Source of the DNA: Spirulina sp. CCY15215
GTDB taxonomy: Bacteria; Cyanobacteriota; Cyanobacteriia; Cyanobacteriales; Spirulinaceae
Assembly (NCBI RefSeq): GCF_016888125.1
Contig: NZ_JACSWA010000582.1
Span: 37,917 to 101,916, forward strand
DNA length: 64,000 nucleotides
Reading direction: 5' to 3'
The first letter of the stretch is position 1. Every line of letters starts with the position of its first letter. Shown here one piece after another: positions 55,788 to 64,000 of this stretch. A program made the position numbers and the translations under genes. The notes under the pieces were generated by a model, which was not told the DNA's origin, made no database searches, and saw nothing but the letters and a program-made list of their open reading frames with translations.

Positions 55788-56810
55788 ATGTCCAAGCATT
55801 CAACTCCTCAATTTATACTGCAACGATTATTAGCAGCAATTCCCAGCGCGATCGGGGTCATCATTGTTAGTTTTATAATGACCCGAATGCTACCGGGAGA
55901 TCCTGCCGCTTTTTTCGCAGGTGCATCTGCAACACCAGAAGCGATCGCGCAAGTACAAGAAACATTAGGATTAAATAAAAGCTGGATCGAACAGTTTTTT
56001 ATCTATATTGGAGAACTGATCCGAGGAAATTTAGGTGTTTCTTTAACGACAGGACAAACAGTAATTTACGATCTCGTTACTCGCTTGCCAGCTTCTTTAG
56101 AATTAACACTAGCAGGAGTCCTTTTTGCTTTTATCATTGCCGTTCCTTTGGGCATTTTAGCCGCATTAAAACCCAATTCTTGGTTAGACCATCTTTCTCG
56201 TTTTATCACGACTGCGGGGGTTTCTTTGCCCACCTTTTTTACTGGGCTTTTACTGGTTTATATTTTCTACTTTCTCTTAGGAATTGTTCCCGCACCAGTT
56301 GGACGCTTAGATTTACTATCTTCTCCTCCCGAACATTTTACAGGTTTTTATTTACTTGATAGTTTAATACGCGGAGATTTTAATCTTTTTGTAATTGCTT
56401 TTCAACATCTCATTTTACCCGCTATAACATTAGGTATTTTTGCCCTTGCTCCTCTTGCAAGAATAACTAGAGCTTCGATGATTACTATATTAGGAAGCGA
56501 TTTTATTCGTCTCGCTAAAAGCAATGGTTTATCACCAGAAAAAATTCTTTTTACCTATGCTTTTCGCAATGCTTTGCTACCTATTATCACAACAATGGGA
56601 GTTGTTTTCTCATTCCTACTCGGTGCTAATATTTTAGTTGAAAAAGTGTTTGCTTGGCCGGGAATTGGTTCTTATGCAGTTGAGGCTTTAATTAATTCAG
56701 ATTATGCCCCAGTACAAGGATTTGTTTTAACAATGGCTTTTCTCTATATTTTTCTGAATTTAGCGATCGATATTCTCTATGGAATTATCGATCCTAGAGC
56801 AGGTTTTTAA
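55788..56810 (+). CDS. ABC transporter permease (DppB/NikB-like)
   Basis: BPD_transp_1 fold with N-terminal PGDP motif and 6 TM helices. Confidence 0.85.
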   Translation: MSKHSTPQFILQRLLAAIPSAIGVIIVSFIMTRMLPGDPAAFFAGASATPEAIAQVQETLGLNKSWIEQFFIYIGELIRGNLGVSLTTGQTVIYDLVTRLPASLELTLAGVLFAFIIAVPLGILAALKPNSWLDHLSRFITTAGVSLPTFFTGLLLVYIFYFLLGIVPAPVGRLDLLSSPPEHFTGFYLLDSLIRGDFNLFVIAFQHLILPAITLGIFALAPLARITRASMITILGSDFIRLAKSNGLSPEKILFTYAFRNALLPIITTMGVVFSFLLGANILVEKVFAWPGIGSYAVEALINSDYAPVQGFVLTMAFLYIFLNLAIDILYGIIDPRAGF

Positions 56811-56866
56811 CTGTAGGGAAGTTGCAGATAATGTCCCGATATCATTCATTAATTATGAATTAAATT

Positions 56867-57712
56867 ATGACTATATCAATTCGACAGACTCGCTATATTC
56901 TCCAAGAAAATACTTTAACTTTAGTTGCATTTTTGATGTTTCTCTCGTTAATTTTTCTGGCAATATTTGGCAATGCGATCGCGCCCTACGATCCCCTAGA
57001 AACGAACTCAGCGATCGCGCTTTCTCCCCCTTCCCTACAACATTGGTTCGGTACAGATCAACTGGGAAGAGATATTTTAAGTCGGGCGATCGTGGCAACT
57101 CGCTTAGATTTAGGAATTGCGATCGCGGCGGTTTTTCTCTCTTTCTTTATCGGAAGTATATTAGGGGTTTTGGCAGGATATTGGGGAGGATGGATTGATA
57201 ATATCGTTGGTCGTGCGATCGATACAATTATGGCATTTCCTCTCTTTGTTTTAGCAATGGGAATTGTTGCTGCATTAGGAAACACGGTGGAAAATATTAT
57301 TTATGCCACCGCAATTATTAACCTTCCTCTCTATGCCCGCGTCATTCGTTCAGAAGTTTTAATTATCAAAAAAGCAGGCTATATTGAAGCAGCAAAACTC
57401 TCTGGAAATGGCGACTGGCGAATTATGGCCAGATATCTTTTTCCCAATGCACTGCCCGTGATGATGGTGCATATTTCCCTTAATATGGGTTGGGCTATTC
57501 TCAATGCTGCGGGACTTTCTTTTATTGGTTTGGGGGTGCGTCCACCGACTCCAGAATGGGGAATTATGGTGGCAGAAGGGGCAACTTATATTATTTCTGG
57601 AGAATGGTGGCTGGCAATGTTTCCAGGACTATCTTTAATGTTTGCTGTGTTTTGTTTTAATCTCCTTGGAGATGGTTTAAGAGATTCATTCGATCCGAGG
57701 AAAAAAACATGA
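56867..57712 (+). CDS. ABC transporter permease (DppC/NikC-like)
   Basis: OppC-type N-terminus and EAA-like loop (YIEAAKLSG). Confidence 0.85.
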   Translation: MTISIRQTRYILQENTLTLVAFLMFLSLIFLAIFGNAIAPYDPLETNSAIALSPPSLQHWFGTDQLGRDILSRAIVATRLDLGIAIAAVFLSFFIGSILGVLAGYWGGWIDNIVGRAIDTIMAFPLFVLAMGIVAALGNTVENIIYATAIINLPLYARVIRSEVLIIKKAGYIEAAKLSGNGDWRIMARYLFPNALPVMMVHISLNMGWAILNAAGLSFIGLGVRPPTPEWGIMVAEGATYIISGEWWLAMFPGLSLMFAVFCFNLLGDGLRDSFDPRKKT

Positions 57713-58698
57713 AAGAAATGCAACCAAAAACTACTCAAGAAACCTTACTCGCTGTCGATCGCCTTTCTGTTGAATTTGCCACGCGCAGAGGAACAGTTCG
57801 CGCCCTTGAAAATGTCAGTTTTGATCTAAAAGCAGGAGAAATTGTCGGCATTGTCGGCGAAAGTGGATCGGGAAAATCCGTGCTTGCTTTTGCCACAATG
57901 GGAATACTCGATCGCGCAGGTAAAATAACCTCGGGACGGATTCTTTTTGATAACATCGATCTGCTACAAATTAAGCGATCGCAATTGCGTCAAAAGCGAG
58001 GGAAAGAGTTGTCCATGATTTTCCAAAATCCTCGCGCAGCACTTAATCCTATTCGTAAAATAGGGCGACAAATTGAAGATGTTTTGCAAGCACACGCAAA
58101 CTTACCCCCAAAACAACGTCGAGAAAGAGTCTTAGAACTCCTCTCTCTCGTTCGCATTTCCGACCCCTCACGGCGCTATAATGCCTATCCTTACGAACTT
58201 TCCGGGGGGATGTGCCAACGGGTGACGATCGCCCTTGCATTAGCCTGTTCTCCCCGGTTGGCGATCGCCGACGAACCGACGACGGGGCTAGATGTCACTA
58301 CCCAAGCGGCTGTAATGGATTTAATTGTGGACTTGGCAGCACAAACTCACATGGCAACTCTTTTAATTACTCACGATCTCGAACTCGCCGCCCAATATTG
58401 CGATCGCCTCGTAGTCATGCACGCAGGTCACATCGTCGAAACGGCAAAAACTTCGGACTTATTCCAGCATCCCCGCCATCCTTACACCGCCAAATTGATC
58501 GCCGCAACCCCTGACCCTGAAAAGGATTTAGCGCATCTCATTCCCATTCCTGGTAACTTACCGGACTTACGAGGAGAACTCCCTTTTTGTCGGTTTCGCG
58601 ATCGCTGCGATCGGGCTTCTTCTCAATGCGATACAGTTCCCCTAGAACGAAAATTAGTCGGAAATAATCATCAAGTTGCTTGTCATAATCATTTTTGA
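57709..58698 (+). CDS. ABC transporter ATP-binding protein (DppD/NikD-like)
   Basis: Walker A GESGSGKS, signature LSGGMCQR, Walker [10 protein letters not shown] and an oligopeptide-type C-terminal extension. It overlaps the permease by 4 nt. Confidence 0.85.
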   Translation: MKEMQPKTTQETLLAVDRLSVEFATRRGTVRALENVSFDLKAGEIVGIVGESGSGKSVLAFATMGILDRAGKITSGRILFDNIDLLQIKRSQLRQKRGKELSMIFQNPRAALNPIRKIGRQIEDVLQAHANLPPKQRRERVLELLSLVRISDPSRRYNAYPYELSGGMCQRVTIALALACSPRLAIADEPTTGLDVTTQAAVMDLIVDLAAQTHMATLLITHDLELAAQYCDRLVVMHAGHIVETAKTSDLFQHPRHPYTAKLIAATPDPEKDLAHLIPIPGNLPDLRGELPFCRFRDRCDRASSQCDTVPLERKLVGNNHQVACHNHF

Positions 58699-58734
58699 GA
58701 GTAGCAGGATGTAGTAGGGAGTAGGGGAAAATTT

Positions 58735-58845
58735 ATCAACTATCAACTGTCAACTATTGTCAACTATCAACTATCAACTATCCACTATCAACTATCAACT
58801 ATCCACTATCAACTATCCACTATCAACTATCCACTATCAACTATG
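58735..58845. repeat. heptanucleotide tandem repeat array (CAACTAT / CCACTAT, STRR-like) abutting start codon
   Basis: It is the same repeat family as 7033-7157 and runs directly into the ATG at 58843. Confidence 0.8.
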
Positions 58846-59832
58846 AATAATATTCTGGAAGTTAACAATTTAAAGAAGTTTTTTCCCACACAAAATCGTG
58901 TTTTTAATGGGTTTGGGAAGAAACCGCCCTCACATTTACTTCATGCAGTGGATAATGTGAGTTTTTCTCTGGCATCCGGGGAAAGTTTGGGACTTGTGGG
59001 AGAATCGGGATGCGGTAAATCAACCCTCGTGCGTCTCATTACTCGCTTAATTGACCCGACAGAAGGAGAAATTTGGTTTGCAGGGGAAAATATTGCCCGC
59101 ATTCCCGCTCAAAAAGCTGCCCGTCATGGAATGCGATCGCAAATCCAATTAGTCTTTCAAGACCCCCACGATAGCTTAAATCCACGCTTTACCGCCTTTG
59201 ATAGTATAGCAGAACCTCTCAAGCGCTTAGGTAATATTTCCCAAAGCGATCGCCTGCAAAACCGCGTTGAAGAACTTGCCGATCGCGTCGGTTTATCCCA
59301 AACACTTCTCACTCGCTTTCCTCACCAAATTTCCGGCGGACAAAAAGCGAGAGTAGGAATTGCCCGCGCGATCGCCCTCAACCCCAAACTTTTAATCCTC
59401 GATGAACCCACATCTGCTTTAGATGTTTCCGTACAAGCCATTATTTTGCGTCTCTTGGCAGACTTGCGGGAAACATTGGGAATGAGTTATCTTTTCGTTT
59501 CTCACGACCTCAATGTGGTGCGTTTATTATGCGATCGTGTTGTTGTCATGTATTTAGGTAAAATTGTCGAAATGGGCAACACAAATGCTCTTTTTCGCCA
59601 ACCTTTGCATCCTTATACCAAAGCCCTCATTGCTGCCATTCCGCACCCTAATTCTCGCCATTCTGCTGTTAATCTTAAAGGGGAACCGAGAAGTCCCATT
59701 GACCCCGATCCCCATGTTTGTCGCTTCTACGGACGCTGTTTTAAAGAAGCCAAACAATGCCATCAAACCATGCCTTTATTGCAATCAAAAGAAAGCGATC
59801 GCTTTGTTGCTTGTCATTTTCCCGAAATTTAA
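58843..59832 (+). CDS. ABC transporter ATP-binding protein (DppF/NikE-like)
   Basis: Walker A GESGCGKS, signature ISGGQKAR, Walker B LILDEPTS. Confidence 0.85.
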   Translation: MNNILEVNNLKKFFPTQNRVFNGFGKKPPSHLLHAVDNVSFSLASGESLGLVGESGCGKSTLVRLITRLIDPTEGEIWFAGENIARIPAQKAARHGMRSQIQLVFQDPHDSLNPRFTAFDSIAEPLKRLGNISQSDRLQNRVEELADRVGLSQTLLTRFPHQISGGQKARVGIARAIALNPKLLILDEPTSALDVSVQAIILRLLADLRETLGMSYLFVSHDLNVVRLLCDRVVVMYLGKIVEMGNTNALFRQPLHPYTKALIAAIPHPNSRHSAVNLKGEPRSPIDPDPHVCRFYGRCFKEAKQCHQTMPLLQSKESDRFVACHFPEI

Positions 59833-59932
59833 AGATTGCGATCGCCAAATTTTAATACTGGCGATCGGCTAGAATAGTTGAAGGAAATAGATAGAGAATT
59901 CCCCATTAATCTCGACAATCTGAGAGGTCAAG

Positions 59933-60547
59933 ATGGTACAAACACCGACTCAACTAGAAACCGAAACATTATTGCTCGAGTACCCCAAAACTCTTAAACT
60001 CTATGTTACCCAAGAACAGTTTGCTGTCCTAGCTGCCAGCAATCGAGAATTGCGACTAGAAAGAACCGCAGGAGGAGAGTTAATTGTGAATCCACCGACA
60101 GGTTGGGAAACAGGAAAACAAAATTGGAGTATTTCCGGAGAATTATATCTCTGGTGGCGAAATTCAGGGGAACCGGGAGAGGCTTTTGAATCATCGACTG
60201 GATTTACTTTACCCAATAGTGCCATTCGTTCCCCTGATGCTTCTTGGGTGAGTCAGGAACGTTGGGATGCACTAACTCTTGAACAAACGGGAACGTTTGC
60301 TAATATTTGCCCTGATTTTGTAGTGGAATTGCGTTCTGTTTCCGATACGCTGAAATCCCTACAAGAAAAAATGCAGGAATATATGGAAAATGGCGCTGTT
60401 TTAGGCTGGTTAATCGATCCGAAAAAGAGAAAAGTAGAGGTTTATCGACTGGGTTCGGAAGTAGAAATATTGTCAAATCCAACTGAGTTATTAGGTGAAG
60501 AGGTTTTACCTGGTTTTGTGTTAAATATGCGTCGGGTTTGGGGTTGA
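59933..60547 (+). CDS. Uma2-family (DUF820) endonuclease
   Basis: Paralogous to 36313-36885 (SPDASWVSQERW, PDFVVELRSVSD, LGWLIDP). Confidence 0.75.
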   Translation: MVQTPTQLETETLLLEYPKTLKLYVTQEQFAVLAASNRELRLERTAGGELIVNPPTGWETGKQNWSISGELYLWWRNSGEPGEAFESSTGFTLPNSAIRSPDASWVSQERWDALTLEQTGTFANICPDFVVELRSVSDTLKSLQEKMQEYMENGAVLGWLIDPKKRKVEVYRLGSEVEILSNPTELLGEEVLPGFVLNMRRVWG

Positions 60548-60627
60548 AATAGAGATTGTAGATGGGTGGCGATCGCGGTGGTGGTGTTTTCTCTATTGTG
60601 TAATTGCCGTCTAAGTACAGTGCCTTG

Positions 60628-61242
60628 TTATACGTTATCACTTGAAGCCCATATAGCAAATAACTCATCATATTTTTCTTGTAATGCTTTTAGTTCATCT
60701 TTAAGCCTTATAACCTCATCACCAGAGAATGATTTAACTGTGGCATAATCCTGTTGCTTGCGAACGCCATATTCGTTTTTTGGATAAAGATTATGTGCTG
60801 GATCGACCCACACAACGTGAAATATATTGTTCCAAATAAATCCATGTATTCTCCCGTATGATTTAGTAACTCTGACCTCAAATGCTCTCTTTATCGTTAT
60901 AGATTCTGCTTCACTTTTTGCGGAGTTTCTATCTCTTGTTTCTAAAAATAATTTATCAGCCACTTTTTCAACAACACTTATAGAAAATTCATTTTTTGTT
61001 CCATTTTTATTGAATATCGACTTAGGTGTTAGGGAAGGGTGCGTTTGTTGTACTATATCTTTTTCTACAGATTATTGAATCTGAGTGATACACTCGAAAA
61101 ACTTCTCATAATATTTAGGCTCTAGTCCATGAAAAAAGAATTCTTCTGTTTCCCAGTCTATATATTCAAAAGACACCTTTAATTTTTCACTACTAACTGC
61201 CTTTGCATCTTGTTCAGCAATTTTGGCGAATCTATTAGACAT
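60628..61242 (-). pseudogene. candidate toxin partner of Panacea antitoxin, single reading frame interrupted by in-frame TAA (61072-61074)
   Basis: ORFs 61072-61275 and 60628-60963 are in the same frame, separated only by one TAA and 36 sense codons. Together they would give about 205 aa with no recognisable domain. The upstream end overlaps the Panacea gene by 8 nt. Confidence 0.3.
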
Positions 61243-61693
61243 TAGCAACCCGTAATTTTGCAGCGAAGAATTCACGCATTGATTCCTTGGAAATTATTGC
61301 AGTGCTTCCTTGAGATTCATCTAAATCCTCGCGAGCATCTAACCAAGGGCTTTCTCGATGCGTCATAGTGCTTAATGCAGCGCCATCATACCTACCGTAT
61401 GCACTTACAATATCAGTAATAAATTCAAGTATTGAAGCATCTGATTGACCTATATCTTCGCTGATTTGACGCCACTCATATTTTCTATACCTATCATATA
61501 AACCACGTATAACAGGTCCATGTTGCCACGCTTGAAAATCTTCATCAAACAATTGATTTCCTTCAGCCAAAGCATAACTTTGAGCGTAGTAGCACAATTT
61601 TTGCAATTTCATTGGTGAAGGACTTTCATCAAATAGCATTCGATGAATATTAATGATTGTTCTTTGAACCCTATCCAAGTTATCTGAAATCAT
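61235..61693 (-). CDS. Panacea-domain (DUF4065) protein, SocA-like type II antitoxin
   Basis: KLQKLCYYAQSYALAEGNQLFDEDFQAWQHGPVIRGLYDRY matches the Panacea/DUF4065 signature (KLQKLLYYAQ...F.AW..GPV...Y), as recalled from memory. Confidence 0.6.
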   Translation of the reverse strand: MISDNLDRVQRTIINIHRMLFDESPSPMKLQKLCYYAQSYALAEGNQLFDEDFQAWQHGPVIRGLYDRYRKYEWRQISEDIGQSDASILEFITDIVSAYGRYDGAALSTMTHRESPWLDAREDLDESQGSTAIISKESMREFFAAKLRVANV

Positions 61694-61897
61694 ATTTTTT
61701 ATCTCTTATGTTATTCCTGCAAGACATTTTAGCCCATAACTATGTATTAGACGGCAAGTACATTTTAACTTTCTTCAACAGCTATTGTCAAGCACTTTCG
61801 ATCTAATACCAATACTATAGCGTTTTCACTGGTGTTTTTCTTTATTGTTGGTTTGAGGTAGACAATGGCTCTTTCTGGGGTTATTTCTTAACTAAAT

Positions 61898-62242
61898 CTA
61901 ATCAAGCTCATGAAGATAATCTTTGATTTTTAACTTTAGATCTCGTGAAATAGGATATGAAGCAACTTCCCTTTCAATGTCTGATTTAGACTTACCTTTC
62001 TTGCGAAGTTCATCTACAACGGCCCGAAAAACTTTTTCAAATCCATATTCGGCTAATCCCTTAGATATTAATCCCAAAAGTCCAAGTACAGCAATTCCTC
62101 CCAGCATTCCAAAAGGACCACCAAGCATAGCCAATGCTGCTGTAATTGCTGCCGCGCCAGCCCAACCTGTAACAGCCATAGCGACTAGAAGGACTAGACC
62201 AGGTACTCCTAATGCTGCAATTTTATCTACAATTTGATCCAC
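61898..62242 (-). CDS. small membrane protein with glycine-zipper TM hairpin and charged C-terminal tail
   Basis: LGVPGLVLLVAMAVTGWAGAAAITAALAMLGGPFGMLGGIAVLGLLG, then a K/E-rich tail. Confidence 0.35.
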   Translation of the reverse strand: MDQIVDKIAALGVPGLVLLVAMAVTGWAGAAAITAALAMLGGPFGMLGGIAVLGLLGLISKGLAEYGFEKVFRAVVDELRKKGKSKSDIEREVASYPISRDLKLKIKDYLHELD

Positions 62243-62430
62243 CTTTTAAACACTCCTAGGTAAAAAATACTAAATTGAGATATTTTAATCAAAGCAAACC
62301 CGAACGCTAATCTATAAATAGATCAGCGTTCACAATAATCATTGCTTTGTAAGCCTTGTAGCCTCTTCAGAAAAACTGTCTGGAATATTGAAAATTAAGA
62401 GTTGTGGAAAAGCAGCACAAGACGTTTTAA

Positions 62431-62673
62431 TTACTTAGATGGTTGGGATTGGTTTTTGGCAAATTGAACTCCTTTATAAATACCAAAACCGACTAATCCA
62501 GCAGCAACTACAACTCCTGCAACGGGTAAAGCCACAGTGGTGGTAGTTGTTAACCCAATCACACCTAAAATCCCTGGTGCGGGTGCAGTTATGGTTGCTA
62601 TTGTAACTGAACCTGCTCCTACTAGGCTAGCCGCTCCTCCCGTAATAGCTCCAGCGACTTTTACATCATCCAT
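62431..62673 (-). CDS. small Gly/Ala/Thr-rich membrane peptide (bacteriocin- or holin-like?)
   Basis: 80 aa. MDDVKVAGAITGG then a glycine-zipper hydrophobic body and a basic C-terminus. Confidence 0.3.
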   Translation of the reverse strand: MDDVKVAGAITGGAASLVGAGSVTIATITAPAPGILGVIGLTTTTTVALPVAGVVVAAGLVGFGIYKGVQFAKNQSQPSK

Positions 62674-62872
62674 AACAAATCTCCTTACAAAATATGAGAT
62701 TGTAAACTAAGGCTATTTCTCAACCCCCGCAGTCTAACATTATAATATGTGTGTTGTCAAGCAAATGCTAGATAAACCCTTTATTGAGATAATTATCACC
62801 AATACAATCGCTAAATAGAATTAGACTGGCTACAGCCCACATCACAATTATACCATTGAGTCTTTGCGTCCA

Positions 62873-63220
62873 TTAGGCTTTTTCAACAGCAGCAAGATCG
62901 CCGAGAAACCAAGATTCTAGTTCATGGCAAATAATACGAATTAGGGTTGTAGGTTGTCCTGCATCTTGACAAAGTTTTAAAAGTTCAGATTTTAGTTGTT
63001 TACAATCATGGGAATCTTGATCGTGGACGATAATAAATTTTGTATCAGGACTATTTTGAAAGGCTTTGATTTTCTTAGGGATCGAACGAAACAAATCTTG
63101 TTTGCCTTGATGGGGGATACAAATATGGGTAATTTCATCAGGAATAATTTGAGGTAAGAGCCAATCTAAAATATTTTTCATGGAAGGTTCTTCTAGTAAA
63201 AAAATTAGATTATAACTCAT
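62873..63220 (-). CDS. TOPRIM-like small protein (DUF4276-like), partner of upstream ABC-type ATPase
   Basis: A conserved Glu (LLEEPS) and a DxD motif (IIVHDQDSHD) are spaced as in TOPRIM domains. ATGA start/stop overlap with the ATPase gene. Confidence 0.5.
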   Translation of the reverse strand: MSYNLIFLLEEPSMKNILDWLLPQIIPDEITHICIPHQGKQDLFRSIPKKIKAFQNSPDTKFIIVHDQDSHDCKQLKSELLKLCQDAGQPTTLIRIICHELESWFLGDLAAVEKA

Positions 63221-64000
63221 TAGGGAGCAACTCCTTCAAACCAGCCTTGACTCCAAAGGTAGCCGGGTAAATCTCCTGCTTGGACTAGATTTCTCAGCAT
63301 TTCATGCTCACTTGCTTTAGCAATAGTTGTAATACCCTGTTCTTTTTTGAGCCAGAAAATACTTTCTAATGGTACAGCATTAAGAAAATCCGGAGAATGG
63401 GTCGAAACAAATACTTGACCACCTCTAGAAGCATAGCTGGAAAATTCCTCAGCAAGTTCTATTAGGAGAGTTGGATAAAGTTGATTTTCGGGTTCTTCAA
63501 CACATAATAAAGGATGAGGTTTTGGATCAAAAAGTAATATTAAATAGGCAAACATTTTCATTGTACCATCAGAGACATAGCGATCGATAAATGGGTCTTT
63601 AAAGGCTCGATCTTGAAACTTTAGAATTAGTCTACCATCCTCAGTATTTTTTGCTTCTACTTTAGAAATACCGGGGATTCGTTCTTGCATTCGTTTGATA
63701 ACCTGCTTAAATATTTCGGGGTGTTCTTGATAGATATACTGGGCAACTATTGCTATATTATCTCCAGTGGGGGAAAGATGTTCGGCATAGAGTGCGTCTT
63801 TACTGCCTCTAGCATCACTAATATGAAAGTCAGAAATATGCCAATTTTCAATTAGAGAACGAAAGGCATTTGCTGCTTTAAAGCGTTGAAATTGCCCCAA
63901 ACCTTTAATTGCTAAAATATCACTCGATTCAAGGTTTTGTTCTTCTCTCTCTAATTCTTCATCGCTTTTAAAGTCCTCTTCATTGGTAATGGCATATCCT
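63220..64000 (-). CDS. AAA/ABC-type ATPase (OLD/AAA_21-like), N-terminus beyond window end
   Basis: ABC-ATPase C-terminal motifs: signature-like SDGTMKMF, Walker B LLCVEEPENQLYP and H-loop VFVSTHSP. The reading frame is open to the window edge. Confidence 0.6.
   Translation of the reverse strand, partial: GYAITNEEDFKSDEELEREEQNLESSDILAIKGLGQFQRFKAANAFRSLIENWHISDFHISDARGSKDALYAEHLSPTGDNIAIVAQYIYQEHPEIFKQVIKRMQERIPGISKVEAKNTEDGRLILKFQDRAFKDPFIDRYVSDGTMKMFAYLILLFDPKPHPLLCVEEPENQLYPTLLIELAEEFSSYASRGGQVFVSTHSPDFLNAVPLESIFWLKKEQGITTIAKASEHEMLRNLVQAGDLPGYLWSQGWFEGVAP

Noticed and set aside
56779-57285. ORFs 56779-57198 (+), 56871-57098 (-) and 57058-57285 (-) overlapping the ABC permease genes
   Set aside because: They overlap two well-supported permease genes. 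Alternative-frame artefacts.
58212-58514. Arg-rich 100-aa ORF inside the ABC ATPase gene
   Set aside because: Off-frame read of GC-rich coding DNA within a gene that has canonical Walker motifs.

Overview
This is a cyanobacterial chromosome segment. The palindrome GCGATCGC (HIP1) occurs dozens of times, heptanucleotide tandem repeats (STRR-like) are present, and marker genes include ndhO, psbY, apcD, citrate synthase, pdhC (PDH E2) and a CHASE histidine kinase. Most of the window is ordinary housekeeping and regulatory genes: mdh, gltA, ppa, tRNA/rRNA methyltransferases, a two-component pair and a complete Dpp/Nik-type ABC importer. No tRNA, rRNA or CRISPR was recognised.

The parts that deserve a second look are:
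- A 13-kb run of 14 minus-strand genes (26918-40283). A split transketolase (N and C halves 7 kb apart) brackets an epimerase, flotillin, sulfotransferase, a conserved unknown, a GT2, two PD-(D/E)XK/Uma2 genes and an 800-aa polytopic membrane protein. An orphan CbiM with two periplasmic partners lies immediately downstream.
- A 1263-aa fusion protein with two methyltransferase domains, a GT-A-like domain and a GT4 domain, convergent with a TPR/OGT-like gene.
- A toxin-antitoxin cassette (antitoxin plus a frameshifted ParE/RelE toxin) apparently inserted at the 3' end of the dihydropyrimidinase gene, flanked by a 72-bp duplication.
- An AT-rich accessory island at the window end (60.5-64 kb). 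It carries a Panacea-domain antitoxin next to an unknown partner ORF interrupted by an in-frame stop, two glycine-zipper membrane peptides, and a split OLD-like ABC-ATPase plus TOPRIM (DUF4276-like) pair.
- Two families of small dispersed repeats (a MITE-like element with ACTTACGCA/TGCGTAAGT inverted ends, and a C5/G5 palindromic element), a tandemly duplicated terminator module, and a GATAAT hexamer array upstream of pdhC.
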